Below, piece after piece: positions 9,880 to 19,579 of a stretch of DNA of 64,000 bases; the first letter of the stretch is position 1; each line of letters opens with the position of its first letter. The notes beneath the pieces are model-generated. The model was given only the letters and a program-made list of their open reading frames with translations, made no database searches and was not told the origin of the DNA. Origin of the DNA: an uncultured Pelagibacteraceae bacterium (GTDB lineage Bacteria > Pseudomonadota > Alphaproteobacteria > Pelagibacterales > AG-422-B15); contig CACNCV010000003.1 of NCBI GenBank assembly GCA_902619105.1, forward strand, positions 180,311 to 244,310. Reading direction: 5' to 3'. Position numbers and translations under genes: made by a program.

Positions 9880-10701
9880 TTATTGTGAGCAGTTTTCAAT
9901 TGTTTGAACATTTATATCTAATTTTTCTGCGGTGTTACCATAAAAGATCCCTCTAATTGGCGCCGCATAACTTGCATCTAAGCCGCATGAAACTCGAATA
10001 TATCTTTCATCAGGACAACATTGATTTGTAGGATCAAATCCAACCCAACCAAGTTTATCTATATAAAGTTCAGCCCATGCGTGTGTAGCTTGAAATTCAG
10101 AGTCATTTCTATTTTTATGCATGTAGCCATTTACATATCTTGAGGGAATGCCCAGATATCTAGCAGCAGAAATCATTATATGTGCTTGATCTTGGCAAAC
10201 ACCCTTTTCTTGATCTATTGACATAGCTGCAGTTGTGTTCGTATTGGTGGTATACGGTTCATATTTAATTTTTTTCGCAATTAAGAGCATTAAATCATGA
10301 GCAATAGTTACAGTATCTTCATTTGAACTATCTTTTGAGGCAATAGAAGCTAGCTCTTTTATTTTATCATTTGGTAGTGTTAAAATTGTACTTCTTAAAT
10401 AGACATATGGATCTATTTTATCATTCAAACTTTCATACACTCCATTTGTATCAATTGTTTCAACTTCACCTTTAACTACAAATTTAATCTCCTTTTCTGA
10501 TGGCTCACCTTTGAAGTTAATTATATTATTCCCCTCTCCATCTCTAAATATTTCGCCTCCAGATTTGTTATTTCTTTTTACAGTCCAATCCAATATTTTA
10601 AGACCATTATAGGGTGATGGAGTCAACTTTGTTGTTTGAATTAACCCTAATAGGTTATCATCGTATTCATAATTTGTTGTATGATTGATTGTAAGTAACA
10701 T
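9880..10701 (-). CDS. Transglutaminase-like cysteine peptidase family protein
   Basis: Cys-His-Asp triad context visible: GVCQDQAHIMISAARYLGIPSRYVNGY, THAWAELY, GFDPTN. N-terminal bacterial transglutaminase-N-like region. Confidence 0.85.
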   Translation of the reverse strand: MLLTINHTTNYEYDDNLLGLIQTTKLTPSPYNGLKILDWTVKRNNKSGGEIFRDGEGNNIINFKGEPSEKEIKFVVKGEVETIDTNGVYESLNDKIDPYVYLRSTILTLPNDKIKELASIASKDSSNEDTVTIAHDLMLLIAKKIKYEPYTTNTNTTAAMSIDQEKGVCQDQAHIMISAARYLGIPSRYVNGYMHKNRNDSEFQATHAWAELYIDKLGWVGFDPTNQCCPDERYIRVSCGLDASYAAPIRGIFYGNTAEKLDINVQTIENCSQ

Positions 10702-10704
10702 AAT

Positions 10705-11640
10705 CTACCTAAAAAAATGATTTTGAATTTGATTGTCCAAGAAAGATATCTTCGATACAAAATTGGTCACATACTCATGCAAACCATATTCAATAATTGA
10801 TTCGACAGTTTCGTCTTTCACAGAACTATGAACTGATTTAAGGCCAGAGTAAATATCACTTATTTTATCAGGACTGCATTTCAAACAATTAAGATGATAA
10901 ACAATATTATTTATACAAAAACTTAAAGAACGTGAACAATCATTATTAAGTATAAAAAAATGAGCAATTTTTGTTGAGGTAACGTCTCCATCATAAGCCC
11001 ATCTAAAAGCGCGAAATGAAGATAGTGATCGTAAAAGTATAATCCATTGTAAATTATCAAGATTTCCCCCTATATAATCAGCAGTGGGAAGTAGTACAAA
11101 ATATTTTACATCGAGCAATCTTGCAGAATTATCTGCTCGTTCAATGAATGTACCAAGAAATATAAAATGATATCCGTCATTTCGTAATAATGAGTTTGCT
11201 GATCCCCGAAACATATTTACTTGTTGAATAGTCCATTCAGTAAAGTTTGGTAGATCAGCACGAGTAAATTTTTTATTTTTTAACTCCAATATCTCTTTGT
11301 ATGACTTATTAATCGCAACCCATGCCTCAGGTGTGAATGCAGTCCTCACTAATAGAGCATTATTTCTAGCTTTGGATATACAGCTGTATACTGAGGAAGG
11401 GTTTTCTTCATCAAAAAAAATATAATCCTCAACATTTTCCTGATTTATTTCATTGTATTTAGTAAAATAACCCTGAGCAGCACCTGCAGCTGATAATACT
11501 GAGTCCCATTCATTGTGATAGCCTTTAGGGTTAGGAAACAAGGACATTCTATAACCCACATCAAGAAGGCGTGCCATAGTTTCTGCTCTTTCCATATATC
11601 TACTAATCCAGTAAAGATTCTCTGCTGTTCTGCTTAGCAT
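10705..11640 (-). CDS. Alpha-E domain protein (DUF403-type)
   Basis: MLSRTAENLYWISRYMERAE N-terminus is characteristic of alpha-E proteins. It lies between the ATP-grasp and transglutaminase genes. Confidence 0.8.
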   Translation of the reverse strand: MLSRTAENLYWISRYMERAETMARLLDVGYRMSLFPNPKGYHNEWDSVLSAAGAAQGYFTKYNEINQENVEDYIFFDEENPSSVYSCISKARNNALLVRTAFTPEAWVAINKSYKEILELKNKKFTRADLPNFTEWTIQQVNMFRGSANSLLRNDGYHFIFLGTFIERADNSARLLDVKYFVLLPTADYIGGNLDNLQWIILLRSLSSFRAFRWAYDGDVTSTKIAHFFILNNDCSRSLSFCINNIVYHLNCLKCSPDKISDIYSGLKSVHSSVKDETVESIIEYGLHEYVTNFVSKISFLDNQIQNHFFR

Positions 11641-11641
11641 G

Positions 11642-13048
11642 TTAATCCGCGAGGACCCAAGTGTCCTTTACTCCTCCCCCTTGTGATGAATTTACTACAT
11701 ACGATCCTTTATTTAATGCAACTCTTGTTAATCCCCCTGGGCATAATTGTACTTTTTCTCCAACTAGACAGAATGGACGTAAATCAACTCGTCTTCCTGA
11801 AACCTCATTATCTATTAAAGTTGGTGAGGATGATAAGTCTAATGTTGGTTGAGCAATATATCCTCGAGGGTTACTTTTTAGTTTAGTAGAGAACTCTGAA
11901 ATTTGATCTTTAGTTGATTTAGGTCCAATTAACATTCCATAACCCCCTGAACCATCAACTTCTTTCACCACAAGTTTTTCAATATTTTCTAATACATAAG
12001 TTAATTCGTCATCTCTTTCACATCTCCATGTTTCAACATTATCTAGAATAGGTGTTTCACCAAGGTAAAATTTTATCATTTCAGGGACAAATATATAAAT
12101 AGCTTTGTCATCTGCGATACCAGCACCAGGAGCTGAGCATATATTCACACCACCTGTTTTATAAACTTGAGTGATCCCCGGGACACCAATGACTGAGTCC
12201 GGGTTATAACAAAGAGGATCTAAAAATTCGTCATCAATTCTTCGATAAACAACATCTATTTTTTTTGGTCCATCAACTGTCTTCATATAGAGCAAATCAT
12301 TTTCAACAAAAAGATCTTGTGACTCCACCATTTCAATACCCATTTGGTCGGATAAAAAAGTATGCTCGTAATATGCACTATTTAAATGACCTGGAGTTAA
12401 TAGGACAACTGTTGGTATACTGCTATCACATTTTTTTGGGGCAAGACTCATTAGCGTCTGCAATAATCTAGTAGGATAGTCATCAACTCGTAAAACACGA
12501 TTTGTGTGAAATAAATCAGGAAACATTTTCATCATGATTTCTCTATTTTCCAACATGTATGAAACACCAGATGGTGTACGACAGTTGTCTTCTAAAACAT
12601 AAAACTCATCTTTTCCTGTTCTGACTAAGTCAACACCAATTATTGGACTATAAATCTTTCTTGGAGGTGAAAAGTTGATCATAGACTGGTCATATGACGA
12701 TTTTTTATAAACAATTTCTTTTGGAATAACCCCCGCCTTAAAAATTTCACCACTATTATAAGTATCGTGAAGAAAAGCATTTAGAGCTTTTGCTCTTTGT
12801 AAAACACCTTTTTCTATCTTTGCCCATTCGTAGTTTGTAAGAATTCTTGGAATTAGGTCAAAAGGGATGATTCGTTCAGTCATATCATCATCTTTGACCG
12901 AAAAAGTAATACCAATTCTTTTAAAATGAGACTCAGCTTCAAAATTCTTTTGGCTAATGACTGTGGATGACATGGTTCTCAACCACGAATTTACTTGTAA
13001 GTAGTGCTTTCTTATTTGAGCGTCATCGCTATACATTTCATCAAACAT
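11642..13048 (-). CDS. Circularly permuted ATP-grasp (type 2) amidoligase-like protein
   Basis: About 468 aa starting MFDEMYSDD (ATG at 13048 preferred over GTG at 13054). Conserved stretches VLEDNCRTPSGVSYMLENR and VVKEVDGSGGYGMLIGP. First gene of the conserved triad. Confidence 0.85.
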   Translation of the reverse strand: MFDEMYSDDAQIRKHYLQVNSWLRTMSSTVISQKNFEAESHFKRIGITFSVKDDDMTERIIPFDLIPRILTNYEWAKIEKGVLQRAKALNAFLHDTYNSGEIFKAGVIPKEIVYKKSSYDQSMINFSPPRKIYSPIIGVDLVRTGKDEFYVLEDNCRTPSGVSYMLENREIMMKMFPDLFHTNRVLRVDDYPTRLLQTLMSLAPKKCDSSIPTVVLLTPGHLNSAYYEHTFLSDQMGIEMVESQDLFVENDLLYMKTVDGPKKIDVVYRRIDDEFLDPLCYNPDSVIGVPGITQVYKTGGVNICSAPGAGIADDKAIYIFVPEMIKFYLGETPILDNVETWRCERDDELTYVLENIEKLVVKEVDGSGGYGMLIGPKSTKDQISEFSTKLKSNPRGYIAQPTLDLSSSPTLIDNEVSGRRVDLRPFCLVGEKVQLCPGGLTRVALNKGSYVVNSSQGGGVKDTWVLAD

Positions 13049-13387
13049 GGCCACATACTAATCAAATAGCTATCAATATTAATTTTATGCCTTTGCCAAA
13101 TTGACATGTTATTCCCCTCCCGAATTCAGCAAATAATCTGTAATGAATGATCATGAAAAAAATTTTTGAGCAATCATTTAACTACTTTCTTAGAGCTTTC
13201 CCAGTAATCTTGACTGTTTACTTTCTTTTTCAAATAGCTGGAGCAATTATTTAGGTATTTATTATGTTTGGAACTAGATGGAATTTTAATCCTTCCCCCC
13301 TTAAATTGGATATAGCTTTGACCATCATGTTAATGTTGCTAATAGTATAATACCTAAATAGCTCTAAAATTGATAAATAGTTGATTT

Positions 13388-14533
13388 TTATTGGAAGTAC
13401 TTAGTGATTATAAGACTGTAAATGTCTTTAAGCTTAGTTATGTCCTCAGTTTTTACATTTTCATCAATTTGGTGTGCGGTCTCTCCAATAAGTCCAAACT
13501 CTGCTACTTCGCAGTAGTCTTTAAAAAATCTTGCATCTGATGTTCCACCTGTTGTTGTTAGTGAAGAATTCATTCCTGTAATCTCATCAACAGAACTTTT
13601 CACTATCTCTGTAAATTTACCTTTTTCAGTTAAAAATGGTTCTGCTGAATTGTTAAAAGTTATATCAACTTTATAGTCACTATTATTGATATTTTTTGAA
13701 ACAACTTCATTGATCATTGATTGAAGACTCTCTTTTGTGTGATTAATATTGTAGCGAATATTAAATATTCCAGTTGAGGTTTGTGGAACAATATTAGTCG
13801 CACCTTCACTTGACTCGATTTTAACAATTTCCATATTTGATGGCGGAAAGTCTTCTGTACCTTTATCAAGCTCTAAATTACACAGTGTATTGAGTATTGA
13901 TGTCAGAGGATTTATTGGGTTGAGAGTCCATTCTGGATAGGCAACATGACCTTGTTTCCCTGAAACTTTAATAGTCGTGGTAATACTGCCTCTTCTTCCA
14001 ATTTTAATCATTTCACCTAAATTACTTGGGCATGTTGGTTCCCCTACCAAGCAACTATCTATCTTTTCTCCATTTTTATAAATTTCTTCTAGTACTTTTC
14101 TTGTCCCATTGATTGCAGGACCTTCTTCATCATTTGTAATTAAGAGACTTATGGTGCCTTTCATCTCATTATTCTCTAGGTATTCTCTTACCGCTGAAAC
14201 AAATGCAGCTATAGCAGATTTCATATCGCTCGCACCACGGCCATATAACTTTCCATTTTTTTCAGTGGCCTCAAATGGATTTGAATTCCATGCATTTTCA
14301 TCACCAACTGGAACAACATCAGTATGACCTCCAAAACACAAATGTGGAGCACCACTACCAATTTTTGCGAATAAATTATCTACGTCAGGTGTATCAGTAT
14401 CACTAAATAAATAACGATTGCATGTAAATCCCATGTCAGTGAGCTCCTTTTGGAGTAGGTCTAAGACCCCTTCGTTATTAGGTGTAACACTTGGACAAGA
14501 AATGAGTGATTTAGTTAGTTCAACGACTTCCAT
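13388..14533 (-). CDS. dapE: Succinyl-diaminopimelate desuccinylase (M20 peptidase)
   Basis: HLCFGGHTDVVP and TNDEEG metal-site motifs. Adjacent to dapD. Confidence 0.9.
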   Translation of the reverse strand: MEVVELTKSLISCPSVTPNNEGVLDLLQKELTDMGFTCNRYLFSDTDTPDVDNLFAKIGSGAPHLCFGGHTDVVPVGDENAWNSNPFEATEKNGKLYGRGASDMKSAIAAFVSAVREYLENNEMKGTISLLITNDEEGPAINGTRKVLEEIYKNGEKIDSCLVGEPTCPSNLGEMIKIGRRGSITTTIKVSGKQGHVAYPEWTLNPINPLTSILNTLCNLELDKGTEDFPPSNMEIVKIESSEGATNIVPQTSTGIFNIRYNINHTKESLQSMINEVVSKNINNSDYKVDITFNNSAEPFLTEKGKFTEIVKSSVDEITGMNSSLTTTGGTSDARFFKDYCEVAEFGLIGETAHQIDENVKTEDITKLKDIYSLIITKYFQ

Positions 14534-14536
14534 AAT

Positions 14537-15361
14537 TTATTCTCTGAGTAGGTCGTTTATAGATGTTTTCTTTCTTGTGCTTTCATCAACTGTTTTAACG
14601 ATTACAACACAGTATAAACTCGGCTTTTTAGGGTCTTCATTCGGAAGGCTTCCTGGAACTACTACAGAATAAGCAGGCACTTCACCGTAGCTAATTTCAC
14701 CTCTAGACCTGTTCACAATTTTTGTTGATGCGCCTAAATACACTCCCATTGAGAGAACCGATCCTTCTCTAACAATTACACCCTCGGCAACTTCAGCTCT
14801 AGCACCAACAAAACAGTTGTCTTCAATTATTACTGGATTTGCTTGTAGCGGTTCTAAAACACCGCCAATACCAACACCGCCTGATAAGTGACAGTTTTTT
14901 CCAATCTGAGCACATGAGCCAACAGTTGCCCATGTATCAACCATTGTGCCTTCATCAATATAAGCGCCAATATTTACAAAGGATGGCATCAGAACTACAC
15001 CTTTGCCTATGAATGATCCTTCCCGAACGGTACCATTTGGAACATGTCGGTAGCCAGCTTCTTTCCATTGATCCTCATTCCAATCAACAGTTTTACCTTT
15101 CACCTTGTCATACCAAGACGTATAGGGTCCTTTTAAAATTTTATTATCATTTATTCGGAATGATATAAGAACGGCTTTTTTTAACCACTGATTAACAATC
15201 CAATCATTGCCATTTTTTTCTGCAATTCTAAATTCTCCATTATCAAGTTTTTTTATAACTTCATTTACAGCATCAGCGATGTCTGTATCGTTAGGAGAAA
15301 TTTTAGTAATATTTTCCCAAGCACTTTCAATTTTATTTTTTAATTCTGTATTATCACTCAT
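14537..15361 (-). CDS. dapD: Tetrahydrodipicolinate N-succinyltransferase
   Basis: 274 aa. Left-handed beta-helix hexapeptide repeats ([36 protein letters not shown]). Confidence 0.95.
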   Translation of the reverse strand: MSDNTELKNKIESAWENITKISPNDTDIADAVNEVIKKLDNGEFRIAEKNGNDWIVNQWLKKAVLISFRINDNKILKGPYTSWYDKVKGKTVDWNEDQWKEAGYRHVPNGTVREGSFIGKGVVLMPSFVNIGAYIDEGTMVDTWATVGSCAQIGKNCHLSGGVGIGGVLEPLQANPVIIEDNCFVGARAEVAEGVIVREGSVLSMGVYLGASTKIVNRSRGEISYGEVPAYSVVVPGSLPNEDPKKPSLYCVVIVKTVDESTRKKTSINDLLRE

Positions 15362-16245
15362 TTCTTTATCAGTGTTCCTGCACCTTTCGTGGTTAAAAGC
15401 TCCATAACCACTGCATTTTGTTTACGACCATCGATTAAAGCAACTCCTTTTGCCCCATTTTTAAGGGTATTGAAACACGCCTTAATTTTGGGAATCATAC
15501 CACTTTTTATAGTGCCTTTTTTTATGTATTGAAATGCTTTTTTACGATCCAGCTCGGTAATTAATTTTTTGTTATTATCCATTACCCCTTCTACATCTGT
15601 CAAAAGTAGAAGCCTTTCGGCTTTGACTGTCTCCGCGACAAACGCAGCCGCAGTATCAGCATTAATATTTAGCGTATTTTTATTTGTATCGTATCCCAAA
15701 GGCGCAATCACTGGTATTTGATTTTTACTGAGCGTTGCTTGAATTAATGATTTATTAATTTTTTTGGGCTCTCCAACAAAACCAATATTCCCATTCATGG
15801 CTATTTTTGAATTGATGATTTTTTGTCTTATTCCATCAAAACGTTTTGGTTTACCGCCATATTTTGTAATTTCATTTGAAATAAGTTTATTGAGATCATT
15901 GGCTAGAACTGTCTTTACAACACTTAAAATCTGTTTTGTTGTAACCCTTAAACCTTGGTATTCTTCATTCTTAATTTTTTTCTTTCTCAATTGACTTTCA
16001 ATTTGCGGCCCTCCACCATGAACAATAATTACTTTCATTCCCAGTTGGTTCAGAAGAGCAATATTTTTTGCAAATGATTTTACTAAATGAGGTTTTGTAA
16101 GAGCATAACCTCCGTATTTGATAACAATTATTTGATTTTTATATCTTTTTATAAATTGGTCTGTGCCTTCAAAATATTTTTTTCCAGATGGCCAATATTT
16201 CTGTAAAAGCTTAGAGCTTTCACTCACATTATGTTTTATAGACAT
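15358..16245 (-). CDS. argB: Acetylglutamate kinase
   Basis: [16 protein letters not shown] and amino-acid-kinase fold motifs. Confidence 0.9.
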   Translation of the reverse strand: MSIKHNVSESSKLLQKYWPSGKKYFEGTDQFIKRYKNQIIVIKYGGYALTKPHLVKSFAKNIALLNQLGMKVIIVHGGGPQIESQLRKKKIKNEEYQGLRVTTKQILSVVKTVLANDLNKLISNEITKYGGKPKRFDGIRQKIINSKIAMNGNIGFVGEPKKINKSLIQATLSKNQIPVIAPLGYDTNKNTLNINADTAAAFVAETVKAERLLLLTDVEGVMDNNKKLITELDRKKAFQYIKKGTIKSGMIPKIKACFNTLKNGAKGVALIDGRKQNAVVMELLTTKGAGTLIKK

Positions 16246-16246
16246 T

Positions 16247-17968
16247 TTAATTTGTTTTGACCGTGGTTCTTTTATTGATTATCCACTGCTGAATAATTGA
16301 GAGTACGTTATTTGTTGTCCAATAAATTACAAGACCGGCAGCAAATTGTGCTAAGAGTATTGTTATAAAGAGCGGAAAGAACATGAATATTCTTGCTTGT
16401 ATTGGATCGGGAGGAGCTGGGTTGAGTTTTTGTTGTATGTACATGGTTAAGCCCATCAACACTGGCCAAATCCCTATAATCATAAATGATGGCGGATCCC
16501 ACGGTATGAGACCGAAAAGATTAAATATGGTCGTTGGATCCTTTGCAGCAAGGTCTTGTATCCATCCATAAAAAGGGGCATGTCTCATTTCAATTGAAAC
16601 AAATAACATTTTATAAATCGCAAAGAAAAATGGGATTTGAATAAGTATTGGCAAACATCCTGAAATTGGATTTACTTTTTCCTTTTTATACAAAGCCATC
16701 AGCGCCTGTTGTTGCTGCGCTCTATCATCTTTATGAAGTTCTTTAATTCTTGTCATTTCAGGTTGAAGCATTTTCATTTTGGCCATGGATATGAATGACC
16801 AGTTAGCAAGAGGAAAGAAAACAATTCTTGTAATAACTGTTAATATGATGATAGCTAGACCAAAGTTTCCTGATAATTCAGAAAAGAAGTAAATTACGTT
16901 GAATAAAGGTTTTGTGAGAAAATAGAACCAGCCCCAGTCAATCGCTAAATCAAAATTATAAATCCCATAATCTTCTTGATATCGATCGATGAGTTTTGCT
17001 TCTTTAGCACCAATGAATATTTGACTCTCAACAATGTGATCGCTGCCAGCTGCAACTTTGGTTGCATTAAGAGATCTATAGTAAGCGATGTATCCGTTAT
17101 CATAGGTATAAATAGCTTTGAATGATTTATTCTGATCTGGAATGAGCGCAGCTAACCAGTATTTATCTGTAATGCCCACCCAACCATTATCACTTTCAAA
17201 GTTAAGTGTTTCTTGATCATCTTTTAGGTCGTCGTAATCTATTAATTCAAGTTTTTCTTGTAAGACGCCAAGCAACCCTTCATGCAGAATAAACATGCCA
17301 GATAAAGAAGGCGCCTGCTTTCTTGTTACCTTACTTGCGTTATTTATAATAATTTCTTCATTCGAATTATTTTTAACTTCTTGTGTAATATCAAATAAAT
17401 AGTCTTCATCTAAGCCAATTGTAGTTATAAATGTCTGGCCAGTTGTATTGCTCCATTCAAATTCAACTTCGTTGTTCGATGTAAGAGTAGCATTGCTATT
17501 AGACACTTTCCAAATAGACTCGGCATTTGGTGTTTCAAAATTAGCGTCTTGATTTTTTATCCATCCAAATGTTACTTCATAACCATCATAAGTATCAATT
17601 GGTTGTAAAACTCTAATTTTTTCTGAAAACTCCTCTTGAGTTTCATTATATTTTTTGAGAACAATGTCATCAATTCGTAGACCTTTAAGATTAATTGACC
17701 CAACAATGCTGCTCGTTTCAATCTTTACTCTTTTATCAGCACTCAGTGCCTCGTCTAAACCAATATTATCATTTTCGGTAATACCCAGAGATCGCTCAAT
17801 TTCATCAATGGCTTCCATATCAAGTTCATTTGAGTTCACCTCTGACACGTCACCGCTTTCTATTTCTCCATTAAGTATTTCTTGCTCAGGCGCTTCAAAG
17901 AAAAAACTCCAGATAAATAGAACACCTACCGAGAGTATTATTGCAAGTATTAGATTTCTACTTTCCAT
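16247..17968 (-). CDS. yidC: Membrane protein insertase YidC
   Basis: N-terminal TM helix, large periplasmic domain, C-terminal core NPISGCLPILIQIPFFFAIY. Confidence 0.95.
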   Translation of the reverse strand: MESRNLILAIILSVGVLFIWSFFFEAPEQEILNGEIESGDVSEVNSNELDMEAIDEIERSLGITENDNIGLDEALSADKRVKIETSSIVGSINLKGLRIDDIVLKKYNETQEEFSEKIRVLQPIDTYDGYEVTFGWIKNQDANFETPNAESIWKVSNSNATLTSNNEVEFEWSNTTGQTFITTIGLDEDYLFDITQEVKNNSNEEIIINNASKVTRKQAPSLSGMFILHEGLLGVLQEKLELIDYDDLKDDQETLNFESDNGWVGITDKYWLAALIPDQNKSFKAIYTYDNGYIAYYRSLNATKVAAGSDHIVESQIFIGAKEAKLIDRYQEDYGIYNFDLAIDWGWFYFLTKPLFNVIYFFSELSGNFGLAIIILTVITRIVFFPLANWSFISMAKMKMLQPEMTRIKELHKDDRAQQQQALMALYKKEKVNPISGCLPILIQIPFFFAIYKMLFVSIEMRHAPFYGWIQDLAAKDPTTIFNLFGLIPWDPPSFMIIGIWPVLMGLTMYIQQKLNPAPPDPIQARIFMFFPLFITILLAQFAAGLVIYWTTNNVLSIIQQWIINKRTTVKTN

Positions 17969-17971
17969 AGG

Positions 17972-18205
17972 TTACTTCTTTTCTCTTGGAACAGGATCGT
18001 ATCCTTCTGAACCACCTAAAAGTTTTATTGGATGACATTTTATTATTCTCTTCATACCTAAATAGGTTCCTTTAATTAAACCATACTCTTCAATTGCCTC
18101 TTTTGCATACTCAGAGCATGTTGGCATAAAACGACATGATGAGGGAAAATATGGAGAGATTAATCTTTGATATAATACTATCAGAAATATAAATATTGAT
18201 TTCAT
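17972..18205 (-). CDS. yidD: Membrane protein insertion efficiency factor YidD
   Basis: [23 protein letters not shown] signature, 77 aa. Confidence 0.9.
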   Translation of the reverse strand: MKSIFIFLIVLYQRLISPYFPSSCRFMPTCSEYAKEAIEEYGLIKGTYLGMKRIIKCHPIKLLGGSEGYDPVPREKK

Positions 18206-18208
18206 TTG

Positions 18209-18541
18209 TTAACTATGAATCTTTTTAATTGCTGTATTCATTTCAAATTCTAGATTTTTAAAATCTTCAATAAGTGAATTCTTTTTACCAATAATTACGT
18301 AATTCCAATTTTCAATACCATATTCCCCAATAATTTTTTTTGCAATTACTCTTAGTCGCCTCTTTATTTTATTTCTAACAACAGCGTTTCCATTTTGTTT
18401 TGAAACTGTGTATCCAACTCTTACCTCATTACACGATTTATCCTCGTAAGCCTGTAATAAAAAGGATTTACTTCTATAGAAGAGCCCACTTTTAGCTTTT
18501 TGAAAATCCTTAGAGGATTTTAATGTCTCTAATTTGTTCAT
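18209..18541 (-). CDS. rnpA: Ribonuclease P protein component
   Basis: Start moved to ATG at 18541 (MNKLETLKSSKDF). The longer listed ORF (to 18643) reads through rpmH in another frame. Basic RNR-like motif KIKRRLR. Confidence 0.85.
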   Translation of the reverse strand: MNKLETLKSSKDFQKAKSGLFYRSKSFLLQAYEDKSCNEVRVGYTVSKQNGNAVVRNKIKRRLRVIAKKIIGEYGIENWNYVIIGKKNSLIEDFKNLEFEMNTAIKKIHS

Positions 18542-18554
18542 TGAATATCTTGTT

Positions 18555-18689
18555 CTAAGCTGAGAGAACTTTTCTGCCCTTAGCACGGCGCCTAGCCAAA
18601 ATAATCCTTCCATCTTTAGTCGCAGAACGTGCTCTGAATCCATGACGTCTTTTTCTGACTAAGTTGCTTGGTTGAAACGTTCTTTTCAT
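18555..18689 (-). CDS. rpmH: 50S ribosomal protein L34
   Basis: Hand translation of the minus strand gives [44 protein letters not shown] (44 aa) with TAG stop at 18555-18557. Absent from the ORF track because it is short. Confidence 0.95.
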   Translation of the reverse strand: MKRTFQPSNLVRKRRHGFRARSATKDGRIILARRRAKGRKVLSA

Positions 18690-18765
18690 AATTCTATTTT
18701 GTTAGGTGATTGGCTTATAAATTGCATTCTATTGATAGTCAATTAATATTCATTAAATAAGACAT

Positions 18766-19461
18766 ATGTTTAAAAATAAGTCATTAAGGTTATTGGGGAT
18801 TGGTCTCGCTATCGTTCTTATTTTATATTTTCTGGGAAAATATAACCCTATATCCATGGAATTCTTAATAAACCAACATGGATATATACAGGATTATATT
18901 GTCTCATATCCGTCACTTTCAGTTGTTATATGCATCTTAATAATTGCAGTAATGATTTCTTTAATGGGGCCCATAACTCCAGTGTGTATTTTAGCAGGAT
19001 TTTACTTTGGCCTATACGTAGGATTACTCATCGCGATAATTGGTGAAATCACGGGAGCAGTAATTGTATTTTTGTACGGTAGATATTTATTTAAAGCCTA
19101 TATTTTAAAACAATTCGGTGAAAGATTTAAAAAGTTCAAAGATGGTTTTAATCGCAATTCGATAAGCTATTTACTCTTTATAAGAGTAATAGGTGGAGTT
19201 CCATTTGGAATACAAAATTTACTTCCAGCTGTCTTGGATATGAAGTTTAGAGACTATTTTATAGCAACGATTTTTGGCGTTATTCCCTGGGCATATATTT
19301 TAGTGAGTATTGGAAATGGAATTCAAAATATTATGGAAACGCAGAATTTCTCATCAAGTGATATTTTAAAAATTGAGTATTTACTTCCTGTTTTATTGAT
19401 AAGTATAATTGTAATAGTTCCTGTAATTTACAAATTTATAAAAAAAAGATTTTTGGTTTGA
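18766..19461 (+). CDS. TVP38/TMEM64 (DedA-related, SNARE-associated) membrane protein
   Basis: Polytopic 231-aa protein with RVIGGVPFGIQNLLPAV motif region. Confidence 0.75.
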   Translation: MFKNKSLRLLGIGLAIVLILYFLGKYNPISMEFLINQHGYIQDYIVSYPSLSVVICILIIAVMISLMGPITPVCILAGFYFGLYVGLLIAIIGEITGAVIVFLYGRYLFKAYILKQFGERFKKFKDGFNRNSISYLLFIRVIGGVPFGIQNLLPAVLDMKFRDYFIATIFGVIPWAYILVSIGNGIQNIMETQNFSSSDILKIEYLLPVLLISIIVIVPVIYKFIKKRFLV

Positions 19462-19493
19462 TTATAAGAAAATAAACTATAATCAACTTATAT

Positions 19494-19570
19494 GCGCCGG
19501 TGGCTCAGCTGGATAGAGCACCAGACTACGAATCTGGGGGTCGGGAGTTCGAATCTCTCCCGGCGCGCCA
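19494..19570 (+). tRNA. tRNA-Arg (anticodon ACG), CCA encoded
   Basis: Cloverleaf by eye. Acceptor GCGCCGG/CCGGCGC, anticodon stem CCAGA/TCTGG with loop CTACGAA, T arm GGGAG TTCGAAT CTCTC, 3' GCCA. Confidence 0.95.
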
Positions 19571-19579
19571 TTAAAATTT

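Noticed and set aside
16279-16287. DnaA-box-like TTATCCACT near the rpmH-rnpA-yidC cluster, as a possible oriC.
   Set aside because: It is a single imperfect box inside the yidC coding sequence. No cluster of boxes, AT-rich unwinding element or dnaA gene is present. As far as I recall, alphaproteobacterial origins are not linked to this cluster.
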